Below, one piece after another: positions 23,853-31,225 of a DNA stretch of 32,000 nucleotides (positions are counted from its first letter, which is position 1; every line of letters starts with the position of its first letter). A program made the position numbers and the translations under genes. Origin of the DNA: Vulcanisaeta distributa DSM 14429 (GTDB lineage Archaea > Thermoproteota > Thermoprotei > Thermoproteales > Thermocladiaceae). Under the pieces are notes generated by a model. The model worked only from the letters and a program-made list of their open reading frames with translations, did not search any database and was not told where the DNA came from. The stretch covers positions 2,280,001-2,312,000 of the forward strand of contig NC_014537.1 of assembly GCF_000148385.1 (NCBI RefSeq), given 5' to 3'.

Positions 23853-25716
23853 CGTTAAAGTTTAGAACCTCATTAATCATTTCCTCCTCATCAACAACCG
23901 TGTACTTACCGAAGTAATCCTCAAAGATTTTTGCCAATCTAGTCTCCTTAAATCTACGGTCCATGAGTATTATCAAGGCCCTATCACTCTCAGACCTAAA
24001 GGCCCTACCAACCGCCTGCTTAATCCTAACAATGGCAGGCCACTGATACGTCAACTCCCAAGCTAACTTCCTATCATTTAGTCTTGCCGCAAGTATTTCC
24101 ATGACGTCGTCAAGGTAATCATTGGGTTCTGGGTATGGAACACCAACAATTATTATGAGGCCAAGCAGGTTCTCACTACCAAGCCTATACTCAACACCCT
24201 CAACAAGTTTGCCACCGGCCACGGCCATTATCAATTTTTTGCGGTCGCTCCTTAGATCCTTAATTAAGTCATCGATTGACGTGCTGCCTAGCTCCATTAT
24301 GTACTTAACGTTGGGGCTTAGGTATTTTCTAACGGATTTGAGTACTGTGTATGATGGGAATATTGACAGTATGGCTTTATCAGGTGTATAGGCTTGGTAA
24401 ATCCTGCTTAATACATTAGCGATTTTTGCGTATTCCTCTTCGTCCCTCTCCACGTACCTAGTAGTCACTCCATCATAAATTAATACACCGTAGTTCTCAG
24501 GATTTACGTAATCCCTAAAGCCTATTCTATACTCCATAATGTCCCTATTTATGCCCAGCATACTCGTTACGTAGTCCCTAGGTGGTAATGTACCGCTCAT
24601 GAGGACTACGCCATTTGCTTCATTAATCACGGGACTACTTATCACGGATGGGTCAACGCACTTATAAACTAATGAGACACCCTGCTCGTCTCTAGCCAGG
24701 AATACGCTAAACCCACTTACCTTATTTAATATGGCTCTATGGAAATCCAATAGTCGAGATAGTGGTGTGTATGGTATTGGTACACCAGCGCTCCTCTTCT
24801 TCCTAATTACTTCATAGTAGGCATTTGTTATTGCCTGGAAGTCTTCGAAGAATTGAAGAACATCGCCAAGCTCAAGGGATACCATTGTCTCCTCCTCGAG
24901 AACCTTACTCAACTTAACCATATATGTTTGGAGACCCCTCAATATCTTAATAGCTCTGTTTCTCAATTCCTCATCATCAATTAACTTTTTAACTTCAGCG
25001 ATTGATGCAATGACCGAGGTTAGGGGTAAGTCAATACTATTCAATCCACTTATTGCATCAGGTAGGTTATGCGCCTCGTCTATTATTAGCACGGAGTTCC
25101 TAATATTAATATTTATTGATTCGGGCCTATTAATGCTAAATATGTAGTAATATGTCATTACGCCGACCTTAGCCATATCCAGGTACATCCTAGACACCTC
25201 GTAAGGACAGACGTTAAGTGCGCATAGGGTTGACACGTACTCATTCACGTTGCTTGCTTCATCCATTATGTGGAGCATTAAGTCATTAAGATTAATCCTT
25301 CTGATATTGGAGTAATATGGGCACTCACCACTCGACCTTAAGAGCCTGCATTCCTCGAGAAACTCCTCATACGGAAGTTTACGCGTACTAACCATGCAGC
25401 ACATGTCGGGTCTATTTCTAATTATCGTGAAATCAACATCAACGCCCTTATCTCTCAATCTACGTAGTTCCCTAATTGGTGCCTGCGCCTCGTTTTTAGT
25501 TCTAATTAGAAATAGAACTTTAACACCACTCTCCTCCGCATACGCCAGTGATGCTGCCAAGGCACTCGCGGTCTTGCCAACACCTGTGGGTGCCTCAATC
25601 AATGCCACCTTACCGCTTGATAGCGCGTCATATATAGTCTTGGCTATCTCCCATTGATACTTCCTAAATGCGTCGTATGGGAAGTACCTCCTAATTAATG
25701 CCTCGATTCCTGACAC
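23839..25716 (-). CDS. xpd: XPD/Rad3-family 5'-3' DNA helicase with a 4Fe-4S cluster domain
   Basis: Walker A is EAPTGVGKT and the DEAH box is IIDEAHNL. FeS-domain cysteines are present (PDMCCMV, EECRLL, GECPYY, LCALNVCPYE). C-terminal helicase motifs are present (QAVGRAFRSESD). Confidence 0.9.
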   Translation of the reverse strand: MSGIEALIRRYFPYDAFRKYQWEIAKTIYDALSSGKVALIEAPTGVGKTASALAASLAYAEESGVKVLFLIRTKNEAQAPIRELRRLRDKGVDVDFTIIRNRPDMCCMVSTRKLPYEEFLEECRLLRSSGECPYYSNIRRINLNDLMLHIMDEASNVNEYVSTLCALNVCPYEVSRMYLDMAKVGVMTYYYIFSINRPESININIRNSVLIIDEAHNLPDAISGLNSIDLPLTSVIASIAEVKKLIDDEELRNRAIKILRGLQTYMVKLSKVLEEETMVSLELGDVLQFFEDFQAITNAYYEVIRKKRSAGVPIPYTPLSRLLDFHRAILNKVSGFSVFLARDEQGVSLVYKCVDPSVISSPVINEANGVVLMSGTLPPRDYVTSMLGINRDIMEYRIGFRDYVNPENYGVLIYDGVTTRYVERDEEEYAKIANVLSRIYQAYTPDKAILSIFPSYTVLKSVRKYLSPNVKYIMELGSTSIDDLIKDLRSDRKKLIMAVAGGKLVEGVEYRLGSENLLGLIIIVGVPYPEPNDYLDDVMEILAARLNDRKLAWELTYQWPAIVRIKQAVGRAFRSESDRALIILMDRRFKETRLAKIFEDYFGKYTVVDEEEMINEVLNFNVTPH

Positions 25717-25840
25717 TACTATATCAATAGTTTAAGGTAATTCTTGATTTAAAAACCTATGATGCGATTATTACTGAATTACTTACCCTGGTCAGGTTGA
25801 TAAAGCGTTTTAAAGGTTCATAGAGCCATAACTATGAATA

Positions 25841-27364
25841 ATGAGTAACGCTAATATATTGCTAGATAGGTTAAAGCCTACCAGGACGATATCCGGGGTA
25901 GTCCCGATTGCGATAATGGTAGAGCCCGTGGCATGCCCATTCAACTGCACGTATTGTCCAGGCGGGAGGAAGACAAACACGCCAAAGAGCTACCTCCCGG
26001 ACTCACCCGTGGTCCTCAGGGCCGCCCCACTGAATTATGACCCATATAAGCAGGTCGTGGCTAGAATAAGGCAGTACGAAGCCCTGCACCACCCAGTATC
26101 CAAGGTTGAGTTAATAGTAATGGGTGGTACAGTGACGTCATTACCCGAGTCATATTTAATGTGGTTCGTTGGTAATGCATTCAAGGCCATTAATGATTAC
26201 CCCCTCGTAAATTCGGGACCCGTGGATAACCCAGACATTGAGTATGAGCATAGGCGTAATGAGAAGGCTAGGATCAGGGTCGTAGCCCTTGAACTCGAGA
26301 CAAGGCCTGACTTCGCAAGGCCGAGACATATAGACCTAATGCTTAGGCTTGGGTTTACGAGGGTTGAGATCGGTGTTCAATCAATATATGACGATATCCT
26401 AAGGAGGGTTAAGCGGGGTCACGGCGTTAAGGAGGTCACCGAGGCGACACAATACCTAAAGGACGCAGCGTATAAGGTTTGTTACCACATAATGCCTGGG
26501 CTCCCTGGCTCAACACCAGATAGGGATCTCGAGATGGTTAAGACAATATTCGATGACCCAAGCTTCATGCCTGACTGCGTTAAGGTTTACCCAACCTTCG
26601 TTGTTAAGGACACGGAATTATATGAGGAATGGTTAAGGGGTCTATACAGAAGTTATGATGAGGAGACCTGGCATTGGTTATTGGCTAATATCATGGCGTC
26701 AATCCCCAGGTGGGTCAGGGTTATGAGGTTTGGCAGGGACATACCACTTCACTGGGTTGTTGACGGCCCAAGGATAGGTAACATGAGGGAGGTGGTGCTT
26801 AGGGACATGGAGAAACTAGGCCTTAAGTGCATGGAGATTAGGTGCCGTGAGGTTGGCCATAAGTACGTAAAGAGGGGTCTTGTACCAACGCCGAGGAGGT
26901 TAATGATTAATAGGATTGATTACGATGCCTCAGGTGGCCACGAGGTTTTCCTGGAGGTCATCGACGAGGATGACACCCTCTACGGAATACTAAGGCTCAG
27001 AATACCAAGTAGTAATGCGCATAGGCCTGAGATTAGGATTGGTAGGGCAGCCCTAATTAGGGAGTTGCATGTTTATGGTCCCGAACTACCAATTGGTAGT
27101 AGGGCAACTGACTTATTCTGGTGGCAACACCGTGGTATTGGTAGAGCGTTGATGGCGAGGGCTGAGCACATAGCCCTTGAGGAGTTTAATGCTTATAGGA
27201 TGTTCGTGATATCAGGCGTTGGCGTTAGGGAGTACTATAGGAGGCTTGGTTATAGGAAGTACCCCAGCAGTTTCTACATGTTTAAGGACCTTAGGAAATC
27301 AATATTGACCGAGAACGAAGTAAACGAGGTATTCCTAGAGAATGAGAACTTAATAATGGATTAG
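25841..27364 (+). CDS. elp3: Elp3 homologue: radical-SAM / GNAT tRNA wobble-uridine (cm5U-forming) modification enzyme
   Basis: The radical SAM motif is VACPFNCTYCPGG, followed by IVMGGT, LETRPD, and RVEIGVQS. The C-terminal GNAT acetyl-CoA motif is WQHRGIGRALMARAE. Confidence 0.9.
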   Translation: MSNANILLDRLKPTRTISGVVPIAIMVEPVACPFNCTYCPGGRKTNTPKSYLPDSPVVLRAAPLNYDPYKQVVARIRQYEALHHPVSKVELIVMGGTVTSLPESYLMWFVGNAFKAINDYPLVNSGPVDNPDIEYEHRRNEKARIRVVALELETRPDFARPRHIDLMLRLGFTRVEIGVQSIYDDILRRVKRGHGVKEVTEATQYLKDAAYKVCYHIMPGLPGSTPDRDLEMVKTIFDDPSFMPDCVKVYPTFVVKDTELYEEWLRGLYRSYDEETWHWLLANIMASIPRWVRVMRFGRDIPLHWVVDGPRIGNMREVVLRDMEKLGLKCMEIRCREVGHKYVKRGLVPTPRRLMINRIDYDASGGHEVFLEVIDEDDTLYGILRLRIPSSNAHRPEIRIGRAALIRELHVYGPELPIGSRATDLFWWQHRGIGRALMARAEHIALEEFNAYRMFVISGVGVREYYRRLGYRKYPSSFYMFKDLRKSILTENEVNEVFLENENLIMD

Positions 27365-27365
27365 T

Positions 27366-28160
27366 ATGAACAGTATCAAACTGACGCTTGCCCAGACCAG
27401 GAGGTTTGGTAGCTACGTTGATGGTATTACGTGGTTTAGGACACAGATTAAAGGTCTTACCACAGACCTAGTGGTGTTACCTGAAAATTGGGTTGGAACG
27501 AGGATACTTAGTAATGGGGAATTCAATGAATATGTTGAGATGCTTAAGGCTATTGCTGAGGATATTAATGCTTTGGTAATTGGTGGTGCTGTTTACGTAA
27601 ATATCAATGGTAGGAATGTGAGCATATGCCCCATAGTCAATGAAAGGGGCCTAATCAATTACTCGGAGAAGATATACCCATCAAGGGCAACCGGTGAGAG
27701 GATGGAGATAAGTGGCGGGACTAGGCTTGGATTAGTTAGGGTTGATAATTGGAGCATTGGTTGTATAATATGCGTTGATGCCATGTATCCCGAATTAACC
27801 AGGTTATTGGCTAGGCACGGCGTAGATCTGATAGTTAACCCAAGCAGTATAAGTGTTGATAGGGTATCCCTATGGAGGAGCTTAGGTCTAATCAGGGCCT
27901 TTGAAAATTCGGCGTATTTCGCATCAGCCATGGGCACTGGGTATAAATATCCAGATGGTCGTGACGTACTTGGCGGTAGTTTTGTAGCCTCGCCAAATGG
28001 TGAGCTCGTATTAACGGTTGATCTTGGTGCTGAGGGTTTATTCACAACCGTGATTAATTACGATGAAATAGAGTATGCACGTTCCAGAAGGGGTTACGTA
28101 GATGATCTCAGGCACGATGTTTTAATAAGAAATATTTTAGTGAATATTACCAATGCTTAG
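27366..28160 (+). CDS. Carbon-nitrogen hydrolase (nitrilase superfamily) protein
   Basis: The Glu-Lys-Cys triad context is present: VVLPENW (E), YSEKIYPS (K), and IGCIICVDAMYPE (C). The start is 1 nt after the elp3 stop (TAG-T-ATG). Confidence 0.85.
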   Translation: MNSIKLTLAQTRRFGSYVDGITWFRTQIKGLTTDLVVLPENWVGTRILSNGEFNEYVEMLKAIAEDINALVIGGAVYVNINGRNVSICPIVNERGLINYSEKIYPSRATGERMEISGGTRLGLVRVDNWSIGCIICVDAMYPELTRLLARHGVDLIVNPSSISVDRVSLWRSLGLIRAFENSAYFASAMGTGYKYPDGRDVLGGSFVASPNGELVLTVDLGAEGLFTTVINYDEIEYARSRRGYVDDLRHDVLIRNILVNITNA

Positions 28161-29386
28161 GTCACCGCCTTAGCAACATCCTGACTTACAACACCCTTCC
28201 TCGCTAAGGTCCTTATTAATTGTCTAAAGGCCACGAGCCTCTGAATGTTATTGGCACCCTCGTAGATCTCCGTTATCTTGACATCCCTAAGGAACCTCTC
28301 AATACCAGTCTCATGAATAACACCAACACCTCCATGAATATCAATAGCCTTAGAAATAATCCTCTCTGCCGTCTCCGTCGCATAGAACTTCGCCAAACTA
28401 GCCACGTACTTAAACTCCTCCCTACCCTGATCAGCCAGGTGGGCGGCCAGGTACACCAGGTACCTGGCAGTCATTAACTCGGCCATCATCTCGGCAAGGC
28501 TAAATTGAATTGCCTCGAAACTGGCTAGGTACTGACCAAAAGCCGTGCGTTGTAACGAGTATTGGAAGGCCTTCTCAAAGGCTGCCTGCGCCATCCCAAG
28601 CGCCTGTGCGGCGACGCCGACCCTTGTCCTGTCATAGGTCTCCATGGCTATTATGAACCCCATGCCGACCTCCCCAACCCTATTCTCATCGGAAACCTCA
28701 ACATCATCCAGGATAACCTCCATCGCATGGCTACCCCTCAAACCTCTTTTCTCAAACTTAGCACCTATTTTAAGGCCTGGCGTCCCCTTCTCAACGATGA
28801 AGGCTGTTATCCCAAACCAACGCCTGTTCGGCTGCGGTTCACTAGTCCTAGCAAAGACCATTATGTAGTCGGCAATGTCGGCATTACTAATGAATATCTT
28901 CCTACCACTAATAACCCACCTATCACCCTTCTTAACAGCCCTCGTCTGTATACCAGCAACATCACTACCACAGCACGGCTCCGTCATTGCATGGGCACCA
29001 AAGGCCTCACCCCTGGCTATCGGTGGTATATACTTCCTCTTTAATTCCTCGTTACCAAATAAGAGAAGCGGAATTATGAATAAATCATTGGTGCCGCGGA
29101 TAACGGCTAAGGGCGGTGCTACCCTGCTCAACTCCTCCATTAATATTACGGCGGATACGGTATCGCCACCCTGCCCACCAAGGCTCTCGTCAATCCCAAT
29201 GCCCCATAAGCCCTGCTCACCCAGCTTCTTCAGTATCTCCCTGGGCACCTCATCCTTATCATCAAACTCAAGCGCGTGCGGGGCAACCTCCCTCTCGAGA
29301 AACTCCCTAATACTCTTCCTCAGCATTTCGTGCTCTGGCTTGAATATTAATTGGTAGTCTTGGAGACTATCAAGTGGGAATACCAT
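28157..29386 (-). CDS. Acyl-CoA dehydrogenase
   Basis: Motifs present: AMTEPCCGSDVAG, RWVISGRKIFISNA, GVAAQALGMAQAAF, and TEIYEGANNIQRLV. There is a 4-nt convergent overlap with the C-N hydrolase gene. Confidence 0.9.
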   Translation of the reverse strand: MVFPLDSLQDYQLIFKPEHEMLRKSIREFLEREVAPHALEFDDKDEVPREILKKLGEQGLWGIGIDESLGGQGGDTVSAVILMEELSRVAPPLAVIRGTNDLFIIPLLLFGNEELKRKYIPPIARGEAFGAHAMTEPCCGSDVAGIQTRAVKKGDRWVISGRKIFISNADIADYIMVFARTSEPQPNRRWFGITAFIVEKGTPGLKIGAKFEKRGLRGSHAMEVILDDVEVSDENRVGEVGMGFIIAMETYDRTRVGVAAQALGMAQAAFEKAFQYSLQRTAFGQYLASFEAIQFSLAEMMAELMTARYLVYLAAHLADQGREEFKYVASLAKFYATETAERIISKAIDIHGGVGVIHETGIERFLRDVKITEIYEGANNIQRLVAFRQLIRTLARKGVVSQDVAKAVT

Positions 29387-29409
29387 ATGAAAATCACTTT
29401 TGGCTTTAC

Positions 29410-29442
29410 TTTATAAGTTATCCTAGAATATAGACTTATAAG
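29410..29442. promoter_or_regulatory. Pair of TATA boxes inside a direct repeat ACTT(T)ATAAGTT, serving the divergent acyl-CoA dehydrogenase and VIT-family genes
   Basis: TTTATAAG (29410-29417) is centred about 27 nt from the ATG at 29386 (minus). CTTATAAG (29435-29442) is centred about 27 nt from the ATG at 29466 (plus). Confidence 0.5.
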
Positions 29443-29465
29443 TTCATGTACTTACGTAGGTTGTG

Positions 29466-30593
29466 ATGGAACTTAAACTCAGTAAAGATGAGATCCTTGA
29501 GAATTATAAGGATGAATTGACGGATGCCGAGATCTACGCGGCGTTGGCCAGGGTAGAGAACAACGATAAGTTAAGGGAGGAGTTACTAAAGTTGTCTCAG
29601 TATGAGGTTGGTCATGCAGAGTTTTGGAAATTCATTGCGAAGCAGGCGGGTATTGATGTTAGTGGTATTAAGCCGTCAAGATTCTCTGTGACGTTCTCGG
29701 TATTAATTAGGAGATTACTCGGTCTTGGCTTTCTCGTGAAGTTAAGGGAGAGTGCCGAGGTTGAGGCAATTAAGAGGTACGGTGAGATGGTTAGAAAGAG
29801 GGCGCTCGGCCCATACACAGACAGACTTAGGGAAATACTACTTGACGAGGTCTTACATGAGGAGGTCTTTAAGGAGGAGGCGTCGAGGTTTGAGGCATTT
29901 ATTAATAATATAAGAGATGCGATGTATGGAATGAGCGATGGATTAGTGGAGGTCTTGGCAGCGGTGGCTGGTCTAGCTCCCGTAGTCACAAATCCAATAC
30001 TCATAACACTAGCCGGCCTAATAGTTGGTACTGCGGGCACTCTCTCAATGGCCGTGGGGGCTTACATGTCGACGAAGGCCCAGAGGGATATTAGGGAGAC
30101 CATGCTCTCGAAGATAGACATAGAGCTTGAGAACCTAGACGTGGAGGATAGGACGAGGAGGGTTAAGGATGCATTGAGTAGGATGGGTATCGACGAGAAA
30201 ACAGCCAGTGAGGTAGCCCCCAGCCTATCAATCGATGTAAACATCAGCAAGAGGATAACGGAAGTAAGCGAGGTCGGCCTATCCGAGGAGGCACTCGAAA
30301 GCCCTGGCAGGTCGGCCCTATACACGGGCATTTTCTACCTAATAGGAGCACTACTCGTTATTGCGCCATTCCCACTACTTGGCCACTTAATCGGTAACGT
30401 GGGCTCACTCTACGTATCAATAATACTCGTGGCCCTGGCCCAGGCCATTAGCGGTCTACTAACGGCGATATCAGGGAGCGGCCGCATAGCGCGCACAATG
30501 ATCATGAACGTAGCCCTATCCCTCGGCGCCGCGGCAGCCACATACACAATAGGTACAGTGGCCCATCAACTACTGCATATTGCCATAACCTAA
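29466..30593 (+). CDS. Fusion of a ferritin-like (erythrin/rubrerythrin-type) domain with a VIT1/CCC1 iron-transporter domain (MbfA-like)
   Basis: The N-terminal half has two diiron ExxH motifs (YEVGHAEFW; LDEVLHEEVF). The C-terminal half has the VIT1 signature MSDGLVEVLAAVAGLA plus hydrophobic helices. The start is the ATG at 29466 (or the GTG at 29463 in the track). Confidence 0.8.
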   Translation: MELKLSKDEILENYKDELTDAEIYAALARVENNDKLREELLKLSQYEVGHAEFWKFIAKQAGIDVSGIKPSRFSVTFSVLIRRLLGLGFLVKLRESAEVEAIKRYGEMVRKRALGPYTDRLREILLDEVLHEEVFKEEASRFEAFINNIRDAMYGMSDGLVEVLAAVAGLAPVVTNPILITLAGLIVGTAGTLSMAVGAYMSTKAQRDIRETMLSKIDIELENLDVEDRTRRVKDALSRMGIDEKTASEVAPSLSIDVNISKRITEVSEVGLSEEALESPGRSALYTGIFYLIGALLVIAPFPLLGHLIGNVGSLYVSIILVALAQAISGLLTAISGSGRIARTMIMNVALSLGAAAATYTIGTVAHQLLHIAIT

Positions 30594-31009
30594 CCTGGCG
30601 TGCACGAGCCCCTAGAGACCCTACCTAACTCATCCCTAAAGCACCAAATGCCATTACCAGCATCAATAATGACCACCCTCAACTCCGTCAGAGCCTTATC
30701 ACTAAGGATTACGTAATCCACGGATTCGGAAACCACTGGCGTTAACCCAATTATTGGCGTGTCCCTATCATTGACTAACACCTTAACATCAATATTTTCC
30801 TTAAGGCGATATATTGGAGCAATACCCGACGCAGTACGTACCGCGTAAACCTCAACATTACCACCCGAGAGGCCCAACCCAAGTCTTTGGGCAACATTCA
30901 CGGGCATTAATATGTCCGGACCCAGGCCCTCAAACCCCGTATTGGCTAAGGCACAGGTAACTAATTCATTGCTTCCCTTCCTTAACATTATCCTTAACCA
31001 AGTGGTCAT
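30590..31009 (-). CDS. Retropepsin-like (clan AA aspartic-protease fold, archaeal AF_0612-type) protein with Asn at the expected catalytic Asp position
   Basis: 139 aa. The block LVTCALANTGFEGLGPDILMPVNVAQRLGL follows the family pattern hh-DTGF-G...lP...A..LGL as I remember it, but it reads NTG instead of DTG. The later blocks VILSDKALTEL and VIIDAGNGIW fit the LLG..L...l.iD pattern. The family assignment is from memory only. Confidence 0.4.
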   Translation of the reverse strand: MTTWLRIMLRKGSNELVTCALANTGFEGLGPDILMPVNVAQRLGLGLSGGNVEVYAVRTASGIAPIYRLKENIDVKVLVNDRDTPIIGLTPVVSESVDYVILSDKALTELRVVIIDAGNGIWCFRDELGRVSRGSCTPG

Positions 31010-31127
31010 TCCTTCTCAATCCCCTGACATACTCATCATATGTCCCTAAATAAGCAATATATCTAATATAACCAACGAAGCCCCTGACCTCAAGCTTGGG
31101 CAATCCCCTCTTATCACTACTCGGCAT
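30966..31127 (-). CDS. Small ORF (53 aa) heading the retropepsin-like gene transcript
   Basis: My own read gives MPSSDKRGLPKLEVRGFVGYIRYIAYLGTYDEYVRGLRRNDHLVKDNVKEGKQ*. Its ATG at 31127 lies about 26 nt downstream of the box GGTTTTTAAG (the rc of 31149-31157). It overlaps the downstream ORF start (31009) by 44 nt in a different frame. It is below the track's size cutoff. Confidence 0.35.
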   Translation of the reverse strand: MPSSDKRGLPKLEVRGFVGYIRYIAYLGTYDEYVRGLRRNDHLVKDNVKEGKQ

Positions 31128-31148
31128 CGAAATATTACCTATTCAGGG

Positions 31149-31157
31149 CTTAAAAAC
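31149..31157 (-). promoter_or_regulatory. TATA box (minus-strand GTTTTTAAG) for the small-ORF / retropepsin-like transcript
   Basis: It is centred at about 31153, roughly 26 nt upstream of the ATG at 31127. Confidence 0.45.
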
Positions 31158-31190
31158 CGATTGTTCTTAGATCAAGGATCAAGATTTAAA

Positions 31191-31217
31191 CACCCCTGTG
31201 TATAATATACAGGGGTG
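31191..31217. promoter_or_regulatory. Inverted repeat CACCCCTGT-N9-ACAGGGGTG enclosing the TATA-like GTATAATAT of the Arch_ATPase gene (candidate operator)
   Basis: The arms are a perfect 9 bp (31191-31199 / 31209-31217). The symmetry extends to 11 of 12 positions. The A/T centre lies about 22-27 nt upstream of the ATG at 31226. The G/C-rich arms stand out in an A/T-rich spacer. Confidence 0.5.
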
Positions 31218-31225
31218 CTTATTTC

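Noticed and set aside
21225-25716. Type IA topoisomerase plus SF2 helicase (XPD) close together, as a possible defence-type helicase/topoisomerase module.
   Set aside because: Both have complete housekeeping-type motif sets (archaeal Topo III and XPD). They are on the same strand but separated by an opposite-strand gene. They are flanked by core genes (tenA, elp3), with no nuclease, methylase or mobile-element signatures.
25759-25815. Possible C/D-box sRNA between xpd and elp3 (ATGATGC ... CTGA ... TTGATAA).
   Set aside because: The C-like box is imperfect. The spacing to CTGA is 8 nt rather than the ~12 nt guide length. No terminal D box follows the second box.
28220-29357. Several long plus-strand ORFs (85, 160, 74, 160 and 64 aa) antisense to the acyl-CoA dehydrogenase gene.
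   Set aside because: Their translations are low-complexity and Ser/Pro/Leu/Thr-rich, with no motifs. They lie fully inside a confidently identified gene. This is typical stop-poor antisense reading of a codon-biased gene. The same reasoning applies to 1176..1445, 1567..1950, 2074..2468, 2887..3087, 8681..8887, 9209..9466, 9722..10254, 11424..11749, 11875..12087, 12609..12842, 13415..13747, 15851..16054, 16100..16324, 18878..19078, 19403..19606, 19808..20041, 20294..20485, 21352..21750, 22537..22722, 24122..24391, 25394..25657, 27659..28045, 29612..30331 and 31456..31716.
30966-31009. The idea that the 53-aa ORF and the 139-aa ORF are one gene split by a frameshift or sequencing error.
   Set aside because: The 139-aa ORF alone already has the typical length and N-terminal strand-then-(D/N)TG layout of stand-alone retropepsin-like proteins. 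The 53-aa sequence does not resemble an N-terminal extension of that family. I kept them as two overlapping ORFs, though a frameshift cannot be formally excluded without homologues.
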